A stretch of 64,000 nt of DNA, from positions 22,878,001 through 22,942,000 of the forward strand of contig NC_043010.1 in assembly GCF_006345805.1 (NCBI RefSeq), given 5' to 3'. Positions 41,957 through 54,684 of this stretch are shown piece by piece. Source of the DNA: Octopus sinensis (lineage: Eukaryota). Position 1 is the first letter of the stretch, and each line of letters begins with the position of its first letter. The notes beneath the pieces were generated by a model, which saw only the letters and a program-made list of their open reading frames with translations, ran no database searches and was not told where the DNA came from. The translations under genes and the position numbers were made by a program.

Positions 41957-42801
41957 TAGAGGTTTTTCGTTAATGCAAAAATTTTCAAATCAAGTGGCAA
42001 CATTATAGAGAAGGTAGATATATAGACAAAGATGTGGATTTAAATTTTAAGAACATATGAGGTAGTGGAGTCCCTCAACTGACTGACCAAATTTGGGAAC
42101 TAAAAACAAATAATATAGAATTCAACCTAAAATGGGATATAGTAAGAAGGGCGCAACCTTATAGAAATAGTAGGGATGGTTGTCAACTTTGTTCTATGGA
42201 AAATTATGAAATTTTGAAACATCAGAGTAATACAAATCTGTTGAATAACCGTTTGGAGTTGGGAGAATCTTGTATACATCGTACAACCCGAACGTTTAAA
42301 TACTTTAAATAATAATTTTGTGAGTATTCCTATATTTTTCAAATTTTAATTCTTTATAATCAAATAAGAAGGAATATACCATACTGGCTTTCAATTTAAC
42401 ATTCATAGATGACTAAAAACCTTCACTGCAAACTTGAAATTGAATTCTTTTTTCTAAAATTAAACTGGCTTTAAAATTAATAAGGCTTTCACCCACTTAA
42501 AAAGTACTATGCCTATAAGTGATAGTCTTTTTTCTCCAAATTGCACTCTCTGTGTTCCACATGAATTCCTTTTATTGAGTTCTGAAAACCCTTTACCCCA
42601 TTTCTATAATTAGAAAATATTTATTGCTTCCTTCCACAACCTTATAGCAGTCTGGAACAACCAAATCTTGGTCAGTCAGTTGAGGGATTCCACTACCTCA
42701 TATGTTCTTAAAATTTAAATCCACATCTTTGTCTATATATCTACCTTCTCTATAATGTTGCCACTTGATTTGAAAATTTTTGTATTAATGAAAAGCCTCT
42801 A

Positions 42802-42894
42802 TAATTGGCTGATGAGTACTCAGCATCTTAAATCTGTTGTAATGCTTACAACATTTAATAAAATGATGTAGTACGAAACGATCGTAACAAATTA
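42802..42894 (+). ncRNA. Type I hammerhead ribozyme, sense to the PLE3 EN fragment
   Basis: Same fold as 41864-41956; first stem I pair is G.A (ACAAATTA instead of CCAAATTA). Confidence 0.8.
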
Positions 42895-42921
42895 CCAGAG
42901 TCATTCTTGTTGCTCATTTTG

Positions 42922-43233
<312 letters not shown>

Positions 43234-43254
43234 ATATATATATATATATATACA

Positions 43255-43450
43255 AGACGGGCATCTTTCAGTTTCCGTCTACGAAATCCGTAACCCTGTG
43301 GTTGGAAACCAGTCTGTTACCACACAACCACTCCCGCGCTTATGGTGTTCATATTTTGCCACTGTGCTGTCCTCTAAGTTCGAATGTAGCCGAGATCAAC
43401 TTTGTCCTTTTTCTTTTCACGGTCGATAAAGTACCAACCCAGTATGGTAG
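43255..43450. mobile_element. Internally deleted SINE A (minus, 43255-43342) followed by a SINE B fragment (plus)
   Basis: tttcagtttccgtctac..taccacacaaccactcccgcgc; gagatcaactttgtcc..ggtcgataaagtacc. Confidence 0.65.
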
Positions 43451-44497
43451 ATCGGGGCAGCTGTAAAGAATCGAACCAGATACTTTGGCGTATTCGTTCC
43501 GGATCTTCACGTTCTGGGTTCAAGTTTCATCTCAGCGTGAATGCGTAGTGGTTTAACTGGCCGCCCGTTTTCACATCACAGCTTCAGGCATCGTTACTTG
43601 TGGCGGAGACAACACTGTCACAAACCTACAGAGTAGGTTTCCACTTTGAGATGACCTTCCCGTGACTTGAACTCAGGATGCTGACAGAACAATTAAAATG
43701 AGATATTTTACTCGATGCTTTAACACCGACAAGGGTTCTTCAATACTTTTCACTTGGATACATTAATGTATCGAGTTTGTACGTTGATAACAATTCCTAC
43801 CTTTTATTATGTGTATGCATACGCGTTTACATAATACAAGCGGTTACATCAACCAAACGGAGAGTTTTCTAAACAGCTGTCAAGACCTACCGTGGACTAT
43901 GTTTCTTTTCACCGGATATATTTATGGCTACGTTTAAGTAGCATCTTTTATCAATGACATAAACGATATAATGCCATTATTACGTGCTTGTCACTCTTTT
44001 GTCTCTTCTAAACAAACACTTTGTATATTTTTCGTTCAAGAAACATTTTTAATATTTGCTTTAGAAAATAAGAATTTCTATTTACATAATCTATTTGATT
44101 ATCTTTTTCAATTGAAAAAAAAAAACCAACAATATTTTACTTTTATCTTTATTCTTTTTCTTTCTATTTGTTTTTTATTTTCAAACTCGTTTCTTCGTTT
44201 AGATTTTGGTTGAACAATAACGTATCTACTCATTCCCAGTACAGTTCAAGTGATTCGAACCCGAATACCTGAATACTGTTGTTTTTCACAACCGGAGAGC
44301 ACATCCTACAATTATAAGGCAACTGACATCGAGATCGAAACACGGCAGCATTTTCCCAAACCCTTACACTATTGAACCAATGAACCACGTGGTCTTTGAA
44401 TACACACTGTTTTAGCAGCAGGGGTTCTCAACCGGGATCCATGTATAAGATTTTGTGGTTAAGGATGATTTACAATGAATTGGTCCTACGTCTACTA

Positions 44498-44871
44498 TCG
44501 CACTTCGTCGGTTACGACGACGAGTGTTCCAGTTGATCCGATAAACGGAACAGCCTGCTCGTGAAATTACCGTGCAAGTGGCTGAGTACTCCAACAGACA
44601 CGTGTACCCCTAACGTAGTTCTCAGGGAGATTCAGCGTGACACAGAGTGTGACAGGGTTGGCCCTTTGAAATACAGGTACAATAGAAATAGGAAGAAAGT
44701 GAGAGAAAATTTGTGGTGAAAGAGTACAGCAGAGTTCGCCACCACCCCATGCCGGACTCTCGTGGAGATTTATGCTTACGCTCAATAAACATTCACATGG
44801 CCCGGTCTGTGAATCGAAACCGTGATCCTACGACCGCGAGTCCGCTGCCCTAACCACTGGACTATTGCGCC
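44498..44871 (-). mobile_element. tRNA-derived SINE (head type 2, tail X)
   Basis: Minus: ggcgcaatagtccagtggttagggcagcggactcgcgg..ggtttcgattc; 3' half tacctgtatttcaaagggcc..tcgtcgtaaccgacg shared with 58345-58663. Confidence 0.85.
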
Positions 44872-46606
44872 TTCACACTTCGTACACAAAATATTTTAAC
44901 AATTTCTTTTTAATACTACACCTAATAATATTTAATTATAAAAATGTGATAGTTTCTAAATATTGAAAGGCTTTCACTTGAGGACGATGGTCGCGGCTTA
45001 AAAAGATTGAAAGACGGTAAATTAAAGAGTTTATTCATCTTTTACTTGCGGCAGTGGTTGGACTGCGGGCATGCTGGGGCACAGCCATGAAGAGTTTTAG
45101 TTAACAAATCATCTCAGTATTTATTTTTTAAAATCTGCTCCTTATTCTGTCGGTATGTTTTGTCGAATGGCTAAACAACACTGGTTGTCGTGTGGTGGGG
45201 AAGAACAGGCATAAGTACAAAGATATATGTATTGTGCGTGTGTGTGTGTGTGTGTGCGCGCACGCACAAATGCATAAAGCACATACACAGACACGGTGTT
45301 TACGTCACAAGAATGCAGAAACGTCGAAAGGAAGTGAAATAATTCATTTTGAACGGTGAAACTCGAAGAGTTAAAGCTATAAGCAATAGCATATAAATAT
45401 TGTGGGCTTCCACACAGTTTCCGTGTGCCAAATTTAGTCATTAATCATTGCTAGCCCTGGCGCTATAGTAGAAATAAAAGAAAAACACTTGGCTAAGATG
45501 CCATGTTATGGGACTGAAACCGTGATTAATTGGTTACAAACCGAGCTTCTATGACCTCACAGCCATGCTTGAGCCTAAGATCGGTAAACATAAGACAACC
45601 AGTAAATCTAGGTTTGTCAGGAAAAAGAGTTCAAGAAATAAAATAAAGCTGAAGAAATTAGGATAAAAATGACAGAAAACAGACTTCGGTTGTCTTATCA
45701 AAGAATTTTAGAAGAGACGGAAGTTCCCTCTAAACATTCCGGAATTTGTCCAAAGACTAAGACCAAAGACAAACCATTTACCGAAAAATAACAACAACAA
45801 ACAAACGAAAAAGAGAAACAAAAATAGTTTGTTAACATGGAAGATTTATTGAAGTTTACAAAGGGACAGGTTTTCCCCGCGACCCTTTATACATACGTAC
45901 ACATACACACACACACACATATATATATACATGTACACACGTATACACACATACACATATGTACGCGCATACACACATACATACACACATATACACATGC
46001 ACACATACACACATGCGACAACATGGATACACAGACACACACACATACACACATACAGGCACACATATACAGACATACACATATACATGCACACATATAC
46101 ACACATACAGAGACATACATACATATGCCTACACACATACATAAACACATACACACAAGCACGCATACACATATGCATACACACGCACAAACATACAGAT
46201 ACACACACATACATACCTACATGCACACATATGCATACATACACACATACATTTACACATATATACACATACAGAGACATATACATGCCTACACGCACAC
46301 ATACACACATACACACATGCAACACATAGATACTTACACACATACACTCACACACAAAAGTTATTTTCTTGGACGATTTGCTTCCTGCTTCCATATGGAG
46401 TTCGTAGATGCCAAAGAAAATTTCAAAGACATTTATTTGTCTTTGTGTGTCTACCTTCAGACGACAAAGAGATTTCGCGTAGGTTTGGCAACTTCAAGCA
46501 TCGAAATGGTTCGCGCCATTTCAGGGAAGAATCCTTAGAAAATTATTTCATTATGAGAACGGCGAAAACACAACCTCACAAGAATGGCAACGATGTCCTT
46601 AAAAGC

Positions 46607-46733
46607 AAAAAGGCGGTACTAGTCCCATCACTGCCACCAAAAAGGCGGTACTAGTCCCATCACTGCCGCCAAAAAGGCGGTACTAGTCCCATCACTGCCA
46701 CCAAAAAGGCGGTACTAGTCCCATCACTGCACC
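46607..46733. repeat. Four-copy 32-bp tandem repeat AAAAAGGCGGTACTAGTCCCATCACTGCCACC
   Basis: Units start at 46607, 46639, 46671 and 46703; no spacers. Confidence 0.95.
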
Positions 46734-46980
46734 AGCACAAGCAACGCCGCAGCTACCATCTCCATCACAACCACCACCACCACCACAACAACAACAACAA
46801 CAACAACAACAATAACAAAAACAACCATAGCCAACCGCCCCTTGACCCTAACCACCTCCACTATCCCCACCACCATCATCACTGCCTCTGGCATCACCGC
46901 GCTCGCCGCCGCTACTACTACCACCACCGCAGGCACCACCACTATTGCCACCATCAGCATGTGTGTGGGGGTATGTATAT

Positions 46981-47017
<37 letters not shown>

Positions 47018-47035
47018 ATGTGATGTATATATATG

Positions 47036-47067
<32 letters not shown>

Positions 47068-47221
47068 GATATATATATATATAATATATATCTATATATA
47101 TTATATATATATATATTTATACACATACAACATACACACACACTGTATATATATATATATATGTGTATATATATCAATCATAATTTACCTTAAATCCACA
47201 AGCTTTATTCTCTCTGTTATT

Positions 47222-47345
47222 TAATCGTGTTTCTTTCTGTTGAAGAGCATAGGCTCGAAACCTAAAAGACTTTCTCGCCTTCCCGAGCGTCAAACTAATA
47301 CACCTGTTTGTTGTTTATATACCTCTCTTCGTCTTCTGTAAATTT
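47222..47345 (+). mobile_element. PLE-type tail with degenerate minimal hammerhead (47232-47269)
   Basis: TCTTT-CTGTTGA-A GAGC ATAG GCTC-GAAAC-CTA-AAAGA; homologous to 2433-2550; followed by (TA)n. Confidence 0.6.
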
Positions 47346-47465
47346 AAACTATATAGGTTATATATATATAATATATATTATATATATATATATATATTAT
47401 ATATATATATATATAATATAATTATATAGATATATATGTATAATATATATATATGTTGTATGTAG

Positions 47466-47504
<39 letters not shown>

Positions 47505-47724
47505 ACACATAATACATACACACACACAATATATATGTATGTGTGCGGAGTGGATAGACGCCGACCACTGATGAAGAGTCATTCTTTATGTTACCTGACC
47601 TGTTTTCCATTTGTGTCTCTTGTTGCTTGCGTCTTGAACCCATTTGTTTTCGTTTTTCATGTTGTTTACTGCTGGTGACGTCCTGTACCCATGTATGCAT
47701 GGGTATGTATGTATGTGTAATAAA

Positions 47725-48050
47725 AATTTAATAAATAAAACATATGCATACATACATATATGTACATACCTACATCTATATGTATATATATATACATGCA
47801 TATATGAGTACAGGACACCACAAATAAACGTAGAACACAACGAGAAACGAAAACATAAAATCAAACAAGGAAACGGACTTTTTTTTAACAACGAAAAAAC
47901 AGAGTACAAGACAAACAATACAATGAATATTCACCTTCATCAGCTGCCCCTGTTTCGACTCAATGCGTGTTTCGAAGGTAAGGACAGAAAGCAATACAAA
48001 AGAAGGAAAAAAAACACAGTACAAACAAAGAATATAAACAGGACAAGGAA
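47725..48050. repeat. Direct-repeat partner of the sequence interrupted by the Tc1 at 48477 (about 48448-48476 plus 50026-50320)
   Basis: tttaataaataaaacatatgca..catacctacatc..gtacaggacaccacaaataaacg..ccttcatcagctgcccctg present in both. Confidence 0.85.
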
Positions 48051-48476
48051 ATCAACAATAAGCCTAGACTGTGGAAAAATTCGTTAGAACGCATTCTGAA
48101 GATCAGCTTGCGGGAGACAGAAAAAAGCCGATGTTGACTTGTTGAAAGCAGTGGGCAGAAAGAAAGTTAGTAGTCCTCCGGTCAGCGGCCAGAGCGAGGA
48201 GGAGGAGGAGTGAGAGAGAGAGAGAGAGAGAGAAAGAGGAGGAGGAGGAGGAGGAGTGAGAGAGAGAGAGAGGAAAAGAAACCAGAAAGGGTGAAAAATA
48301 AGAAGAAGAGAGACAGGTACAGAGGAAGACAAACAGGCAGGGAGGAAAGGTCAAGTAAAGATTTAAAAGTGCGCGTCATAATTATTGAAATAAAAACTTA
48401 CTTGGAGAAGAAGAAAACGACACGTGGCGTTCAATCATATAATAACAATTTAATAAATAAAACATATGCATGTATA

Positions 48477-50025
48477 CAGCTGCGGCCAAAATGTTCAGAA
48501 CGGCATTGTTTTCGTCAGAAAAGTAAGTATAAGCTTTTATCAAAGTTGTTCTATATTCTATAATTTTCACAGACAATAAATACAATATTAATTGTTATTG
48601 TCTGAGATTTTGATGTAATTTGAGAGGATAATACAAAAGTTATGGATGATTTAGTGATCTACTGCAAAACCCATGGCGGCCAAAATAATCAGAACAGTTG
48701 AAAAAATAACAAAATAATCAAAAATGACAGAGAATACTGGAATTATTTAATATTTAGTGTGAAGCCTTTTAGCTTCAATCACACTCTGGCATCTTTGACT
48801 GCATGAGGAAATTAAAGTTTCAATTTATTGCTGGGTGATCTTATTCCATTCTTCCTGAAGGGCATTCCATAATTGCTCAGTTGTTTTAGGATTTCTGGCT
48901 TTCGAACGTTCTCCTAGAATATTCCACACATTTTCAATAGGATTGAGATCTGGGCTTTGAGCTGGCCAATCCATAACAATAACCTTTTCAGCCTTGAGGA
49001 AGTTCATGACCACCTTAGCCCTGTGACATGGGGCATTGTCCTGCATGAATATGGGTGGTCGCTTAGATGAATTTATCAGCACAGGCAAGTTGTTTATAAA
49101 CTCCTGCATTTACCTTTCCATGTAATCGCACCAAAGGGCCCACACTATCTCCAGATATCATTCCCCAAACCATGACACTTCCTCCACCGAATTTAACACT
49201 AGTCTTAAGGCATTTAGGCAACAATTTTTCAACTACTTTTCTACGAACGTACCTTTTCCCATGAGCCAAATAACATAAACTTAGATTCATCACTGATATG
49301 CACCGTTTGCCATTTTTCTTGAGACCACAACACATGTTCGGTTGCAAAGGTAAAACGACACTTTTTATTCTTGGAGCTGATCAGTGGCTTCACTGCAGGT
49401 GCTCTTGCTTGTAGGTCATGTTCAAATAAACGACGAGACAGGTTTTTCGAGATAAAGTTTTCTTCAATACAATGCTCATTTTCCGAGAAACGGCAGCAGC
49501 AGTTTTAAATCTGTCCTTTTTAACCAACTTTACCATAGCACGATCTTCTCTCTTGGTCGTTTTTCTTGGCCTACCTGTAAACTTTCTTGCTTCACACGAA
49601 CCACAATCATCGTAGACCTTAAGAATACCGTGTACAACACTTTTTGACTTGTTAACAATCTTTGCAATAGATCCAATACTTAATTATCCTTCCTTCGAAG
49701 CTTAATAATCTGCTGACGAATTGGTAACGGAGTAAGTGGCATTATATTAACAAAGTACACTGCAAATATTCTTACTAATGTTTAGTAAACGAACCGTCAC
49801 GTAAACAAATTCAAAACATTAGAGTTCGCCGGTTAAATATATTAAAACACGGAGTAAAAGCAACCGTTCTGATCATTTTGGCCGCCATGGGTTTTGCAGT
49901 AAATCACTAAATCATCCATAACTTTTGTATTATCCTCTCAAATTATACCAAATTCTTAGGCAATAACAAATATATCTACTTTTCTGACGAAAACAATGCC
50001 GTTCTGAACATTTTGGCCGCAACTG
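48477..50025 (-). mobile_element. Tc1-family DNA transposon, IR/DR-type ends, TA target duplication
   Basis: Terminal CAG(C/T)TGCGGCCAAAATGTTCAGAACGGCATTGTTTTCGTCAGAAAAGTA at both ends; inner repeat GCGGCCAAAAT.ATCAGAAC near 48676 and 49865; TA at 48475-76 and 50026-27. Confidence 0.95.
48747..49742 (-). pseudogene. Tc1 DDE transposase, frameshifted
   Basis: MPLTPLPIRQQII..TGRPRKTT..; KFGGGSVMVWG; FMQDNAPCH; WPAQSPDLNPIENVW; ..AKRLHTKY*. Confidence 0.92.
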
Positions 50026-50335
50026 TACATACATATATGTACATACCTACATCTATATGTATATATACATGCATATATGAGTACAGGACACCACAAATAA
50101 ACGTAGAACACAACGAGAAACGAAAACATAAAATCAAACAAGGAAACGGACTTTTTTTAACAACGAAAAAACAGAGTACAAGACAAACAATACAAGGAAT
50201 ATTCCCCTTCATCAGCTGCCCCTGTTTCGACTCAATGCGTGTTTCGAAGGTAAGGGCAGAAAGCAATACAAAAGAAGAAAAAACAGTACAAATAAAGAAT
50301 AAAAACAGGATAAAACATGTATGTCTATATATATG

Positions 50336-50407
<72 letters not shown>

Positions 50408-50741
50408 TATATATATACATATTCATATATATATATATATGTATATTTGTGTGTGCATATTTCTATTCATATATATATATATTATTGATATATAATTATA
50501 ACAATAAGGGTTTTTTGCAACAAGTTGCCTAACCTCATACCGAGAATTTTAGAAATAGCAGCCAAAGGACTACTATTTCCTTTTACTACATACTATGTCT
50601 CCACAGACAACAATATTTGTAACTCACATATGGCAAAAACAGAAGAAAAAATAATGAAATCAGTCTTCGGTTAATTATATATTATTGATATATATATATG
50701 TATATATATGTATATATACGTATACATATGTATATATATGC

Positions 50742-50800
<59 letters not shown>

Positions 50801-51010
50801 CTCTTTTACTCTTTTACTTGTTTCAGTCATTTGACTGCTGGAGCACCGCCTTTAATCGAGCAACTCGACCCCGGACTTATTCTTTGTAAGCCCAGTACTT
50901 ATTCTATCGGTCTCTTTTGCCGAACCGCTAAGTGACGGGGACATAAACACACCAGCATCGGTTGTCAAGCGATGTTAGGGGGGAGAAACACAGATACACA
51001 AACATACACG

Positions 51011-51056
<46 letters not shown>

Positions 51057-51074
51057 AAGCCTGTCGTATATGTT

Positions 51075-51131
<57 letters not shown>

Positions 51132-51295
51132 TTATATATATATATACACATATACGACGGGCTTCTTTCAGCTTCCGTCAACCAAATCCACTCACAAGGC
51201 TTTGGTCGGCCCGAGGCTATAGTAGAAGACACTTGGCCAAGGTGCCACGCAGTGGGACTGAACCCTGAATCATGTGGTTGGTAAGCAAGCTACTT
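50801..51295 (-). mobile_element. SINE family A, continued at 53241-53277 and split by a LINE-like insertion
   Basis: Tail and body at 50801-51295; remaining head taccacacagcctctcctgcgcc at 53255-53277. Confidence 0.9.
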
Positions 51296-53240
51296 TATTT
51301 CATAAAATTTGTCATCATAGACAGTACAAAGAGTGTGTATCTTTGCGGGCTGGACAAACACATTAATGAATGAAAATGAAATATAATGAATAAATGAGAG
51401 ACGAAGCCCAACACCCGCCGATTGGATTTTTCTCGAAAACATATTTCCTTTTTTGAAAAATCAATATGAGGTTTCAAACCTCTTACAAGAAGGAGGCACT
51501 AAAACCTCTTACTTAACATGTTTTTTTTTTAACACACAATTGAGGTTATAAACTACTACAAATAATACAATAAGGTGAGGTTTCAAGCCCTATAACGAGG
51601 GTCTTTCACCTCCTACTCTTCGATATATCCATCGATATATTCATCATTATCTTCAATGCCGCTTGAGTTCCTGTATCCCGCCATTTCCCATGCCCTCCTT
51701 CTTCCTTTTTAATCTTTTTTGAGTTGAGGAGGCTGAAGCCTCCTCGACCACATCCACCATATGCGACACTCCTCCCCAAAGCCTTTCCTACAAGGGAAAC
51801 CTTATGACCTCCACAGCTATCTGCGGAGGCCATTCGGGATCCCGTGTGAAGGGCATATCTACTGTCTCTTTATGTTCTTCTATTATTTTTCCACCTTCCC
51901 GCCCTTATAGAAAAAGATAATTAATTGATCATCTTTAAGGGTGGGGGTGGTTACTTCCACCGTGGGTGGCTCAACTTCGGGACATGTAGACGGCACATCA
52001 TCTCCCCGCTGAGATGATCCGTTCTTCTTCCTTCTTTTTTTTTTCCTTTCTTTTTGACTTCGGGAGAGTGGAGCTCTTCCGCTTTGTCCGGAGACTCTCC
52101 CCCGCTTCCCGAAGCCTTAGGTTCCTTCGATTGGGCAACTATTGTTGCCCTCCTTCTTCCTTTTTAATCTTTTTTGAGTTGAGGAGGCTGAAGCAGTTCC
52201 TTTTAATGTGGCCTGGCTGCAGGCACGAGTGACACTTTGGGGGACGTCCTTCAAGTATCACCGGATACCTGCAGCCAGCCATTTTCAAGAAATCTGGAAA
52301 AACCAGATCTGTTGCGGCCAATGGAATCCACAAGGTCAAAATCGCTTTTAACCCTTCCCAATCGACCGCCGGCAATACCCTTACATTTAAGAGCCTGGGC
52401 CCGCCATCCCTCAGTCCTCGTCGGATGGTATCTTCAATCCAATCTGCTTCGGTGCCTGGGGGTAACCCACATACCCAGGCTCGTATTAATTTTCTTCCAC
52501 AATATGACGGAAGGAACAGAATTGCGAGCCTTTTCCCCGTTGTCAAACAGCAACCATACGGTTGCATGTTTAGCACCACGGGATACATATTTTAAAGAGG
52601 ACAAATATTCTTTAAGTTCATTTTTAATGACTTGTTTTTGGAAGAAGTTGATGGAATTAAGAACTTTAGAATAAGTTCTAAGTACCATTGTCTTCTCCTC
52701 CATATCTTATAACCACTGCTTAGGCAGGTTAATTTCCCACTCTAAGACAGAGTTTTTCTTTTTAAGTTCCTTCTCTGCCATGTCAAAATACAGTTCAAAA
52801 GTAGTTCAAAAGACAGTCTGCCAAAAAATTAAACCGAATAAAAAATAAAACAAAATAAAAGAGGAGGAAAGGAAACTGAAATTAAAGTAATGAAAAGAAT
52901 GAACCAAAATTTAGAAAGGAAGAAAAAATAGAAGACGGGAAAGGTAAAAGAAAAACTTCACAAATAGCACAGACAGGGAATCCTTTATATAACACTCCAA
53001 AAAGGTAATCCAAATGGCTTATTCTTATTTTTCTGGCGAGATACGCCCACAGAAAGAATTTTCAAGCAAAAATTCTCAATTCCCCGTTACTGTGATGAGA
53101 ACCCAGTATTTTGCTCGCTATAGCGAGCCATAATTGACAATTTTTCTTTTTGTACTTTTTTTCTATTCACGGAGCCGAAACTCACATCTTCTCACTGTAA
53201 CAGTCCAGACCAACTAGTGTTGCATTCTGGTTAACTGGAA
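51296..53240 (-). mobile_element. Tx1/L1-like non-LTR element retaining only ORF1, 15-bp TSD
   Basis: TSD gtaagcaagctactt at 51281-51295 and 53241-53255; frameshifted ORF1 with VWVCGLPP and GRPPKCHSCLQPGHIKRNC (CCHC knuckle); no EN/RT recognised; ends at AATAAA. Confidence 0.75.
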
Positions 53241-53325
53241 GTAAGCAAGCTACTTACCACACAGCCTCTCCTGCGCCTATATCTATATATATATATATAT
53301 ATATATACACATACATACACACACA

Positions 53326-53409
<84 letters not shown>

Positions 53410-53849
53410 GTGCATGTGTGCAACGTAAATTTAGAAAAAAAACCATTCGTTTCATATCTAGCGTGAACTAGACATCTTTTCAGTTTCTCTAAACAGTAAC
53501 ATTTTTCTGCAAAGAATTCTTGCTTTTAAACACAAGAACGCCGGTCATAGTTCAAGAAATATTTCTCTTTAAAAATTATGGCCGGGCGAGTTGTCTTCCT
53601 TCGCTTGATAGCTAGGTTTTCCAATTTTGAAATAAAAACTTCCGAAAATATGGACAACTCACCACGGCTTCTGTCCTAGTAGCCTCCTGGCTCATCTCAG
53701 TTCATGAGGATTATAATCTTTCTGCCAAACACAAATTACACAGTCTTGTTCTATTACGGTTGGGTCCACAAGCTTCCAATAATTTCCACCTGATGTTAAA
53801 GGGGGTAAGATATATATGTATGTATATATGTAGATGTATGTATACACAC

Positions 53850-53937
<88 letters not shown>

Positions 53938-53938
<1 letters not shown>

Positions 53939-54290
53939 GGCCTGTAAGAAGTTTGTTTCCCAGTGCCATGGTCTGGGTTCAGTCCCGCTGCGTTGCACCT
54001 TGAGCAAGTATCTTCTACTACAGGACCAAACCTACAAAGACCTTGTGAGTGGATTTGGTTAACGGAAACTAAAAGAAGCACGTTGTACGTGTGTGCGTGC
54101 CTCTCTGTATTCGTTTGTGTCTGTGTTTCCCCTACGACCACCACTGCTTGACAACCATTGTTGCTGTGTTTGAGTAGTTGTAACTTATCGATTCGGCAAA
54201 AGAGACTAACAGAATAAATCCCAGCTCGATTCGTTCGACTAACAATTCTTCCAAACGGTGCTCCAGCATGGTCGCAGTCGAAGACCGAAA
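53938..54290 (+). mobile_element. SINE family A, degenerate
   Basis: gggttcagtcccgctgcgttgcaccttgagcaagtatcttc..cggtgctccagcatggtcgcagtc. Confidence 0.8.
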
Positions 54291-54444
54291 AAAAACGATA
54301 AAAGACACATGTATATGGCCGTGGTGGTGGTGGTCATTGTGGTGATGTTGGTGATATAGGTCTATATTTAAGAGATGAGGAATTATGTACATTATTTACA
54401 TTATTTATATTTGACAGATATTTGTCCTCATCTTCTTTGTTGTT

Positions 54445-54490
54445 AACACAACGTTTCGGCTCATATACCCTCCAGCCTTCATCAGGTGTC
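54445..54490 (-). ncRNA. Minimal type I hammerhead ribozyme in a PLE-type tail (about 54358-54495)
   Basis: GACAC-CTGATGA-A GGCT (12 nt) AGCC-GAAAC-GTT-GTGTT: 5-bp stem I, 4-bp stem II, stem III reduced to palindromic ACGT. Confidence 0.75.
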
Positions 54491-54684
54491 TTGGGTGGTG
54501 GTGGTAGTAACAGTAGAAGTAGTAATTATGGTAGTAGTGATAGTTATGGTGGTAATAGTAATAATAGTAGTAGTGGTGGTAATGATAGTGGTAATTGTGG
54601 CAATAGTGGGGTTAATGATGGGAACAGTAACGACAGAAATAGTAGTAACGATAATGAAAAAGAGAACCCGAGAAGTCCATTAAC

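Noticed and set aside
41957-42087. Upstream extension of the PLE3 GIY-YIG frame overlapping the antisense ribozyme
   Set aside because: In-frame stops and weak similarity; the segment is explained as the inverted non-coding tail.
44419-44495. hAT-like terminus CAGGGGTTCTCAACC
   Set aside because: No matching second end or TSD found in the window; too short to call.
46607-46733. 32-bp repeats as a CRISPR-like array
   Set aside because: No spacers, eukaryotic context, no cas genes.
47560-47600. ccactgatgaagagtc as a hammerhead start
   Set aside because: No closing stem II or GAAA downstream.
47930-47980. Permuted hammerhead on minus strand (GAAAC..GTC..CTGATGA), also near 50200-50255
   Set aside because: Stem I does not pair and stem II is poor; only the core words match.
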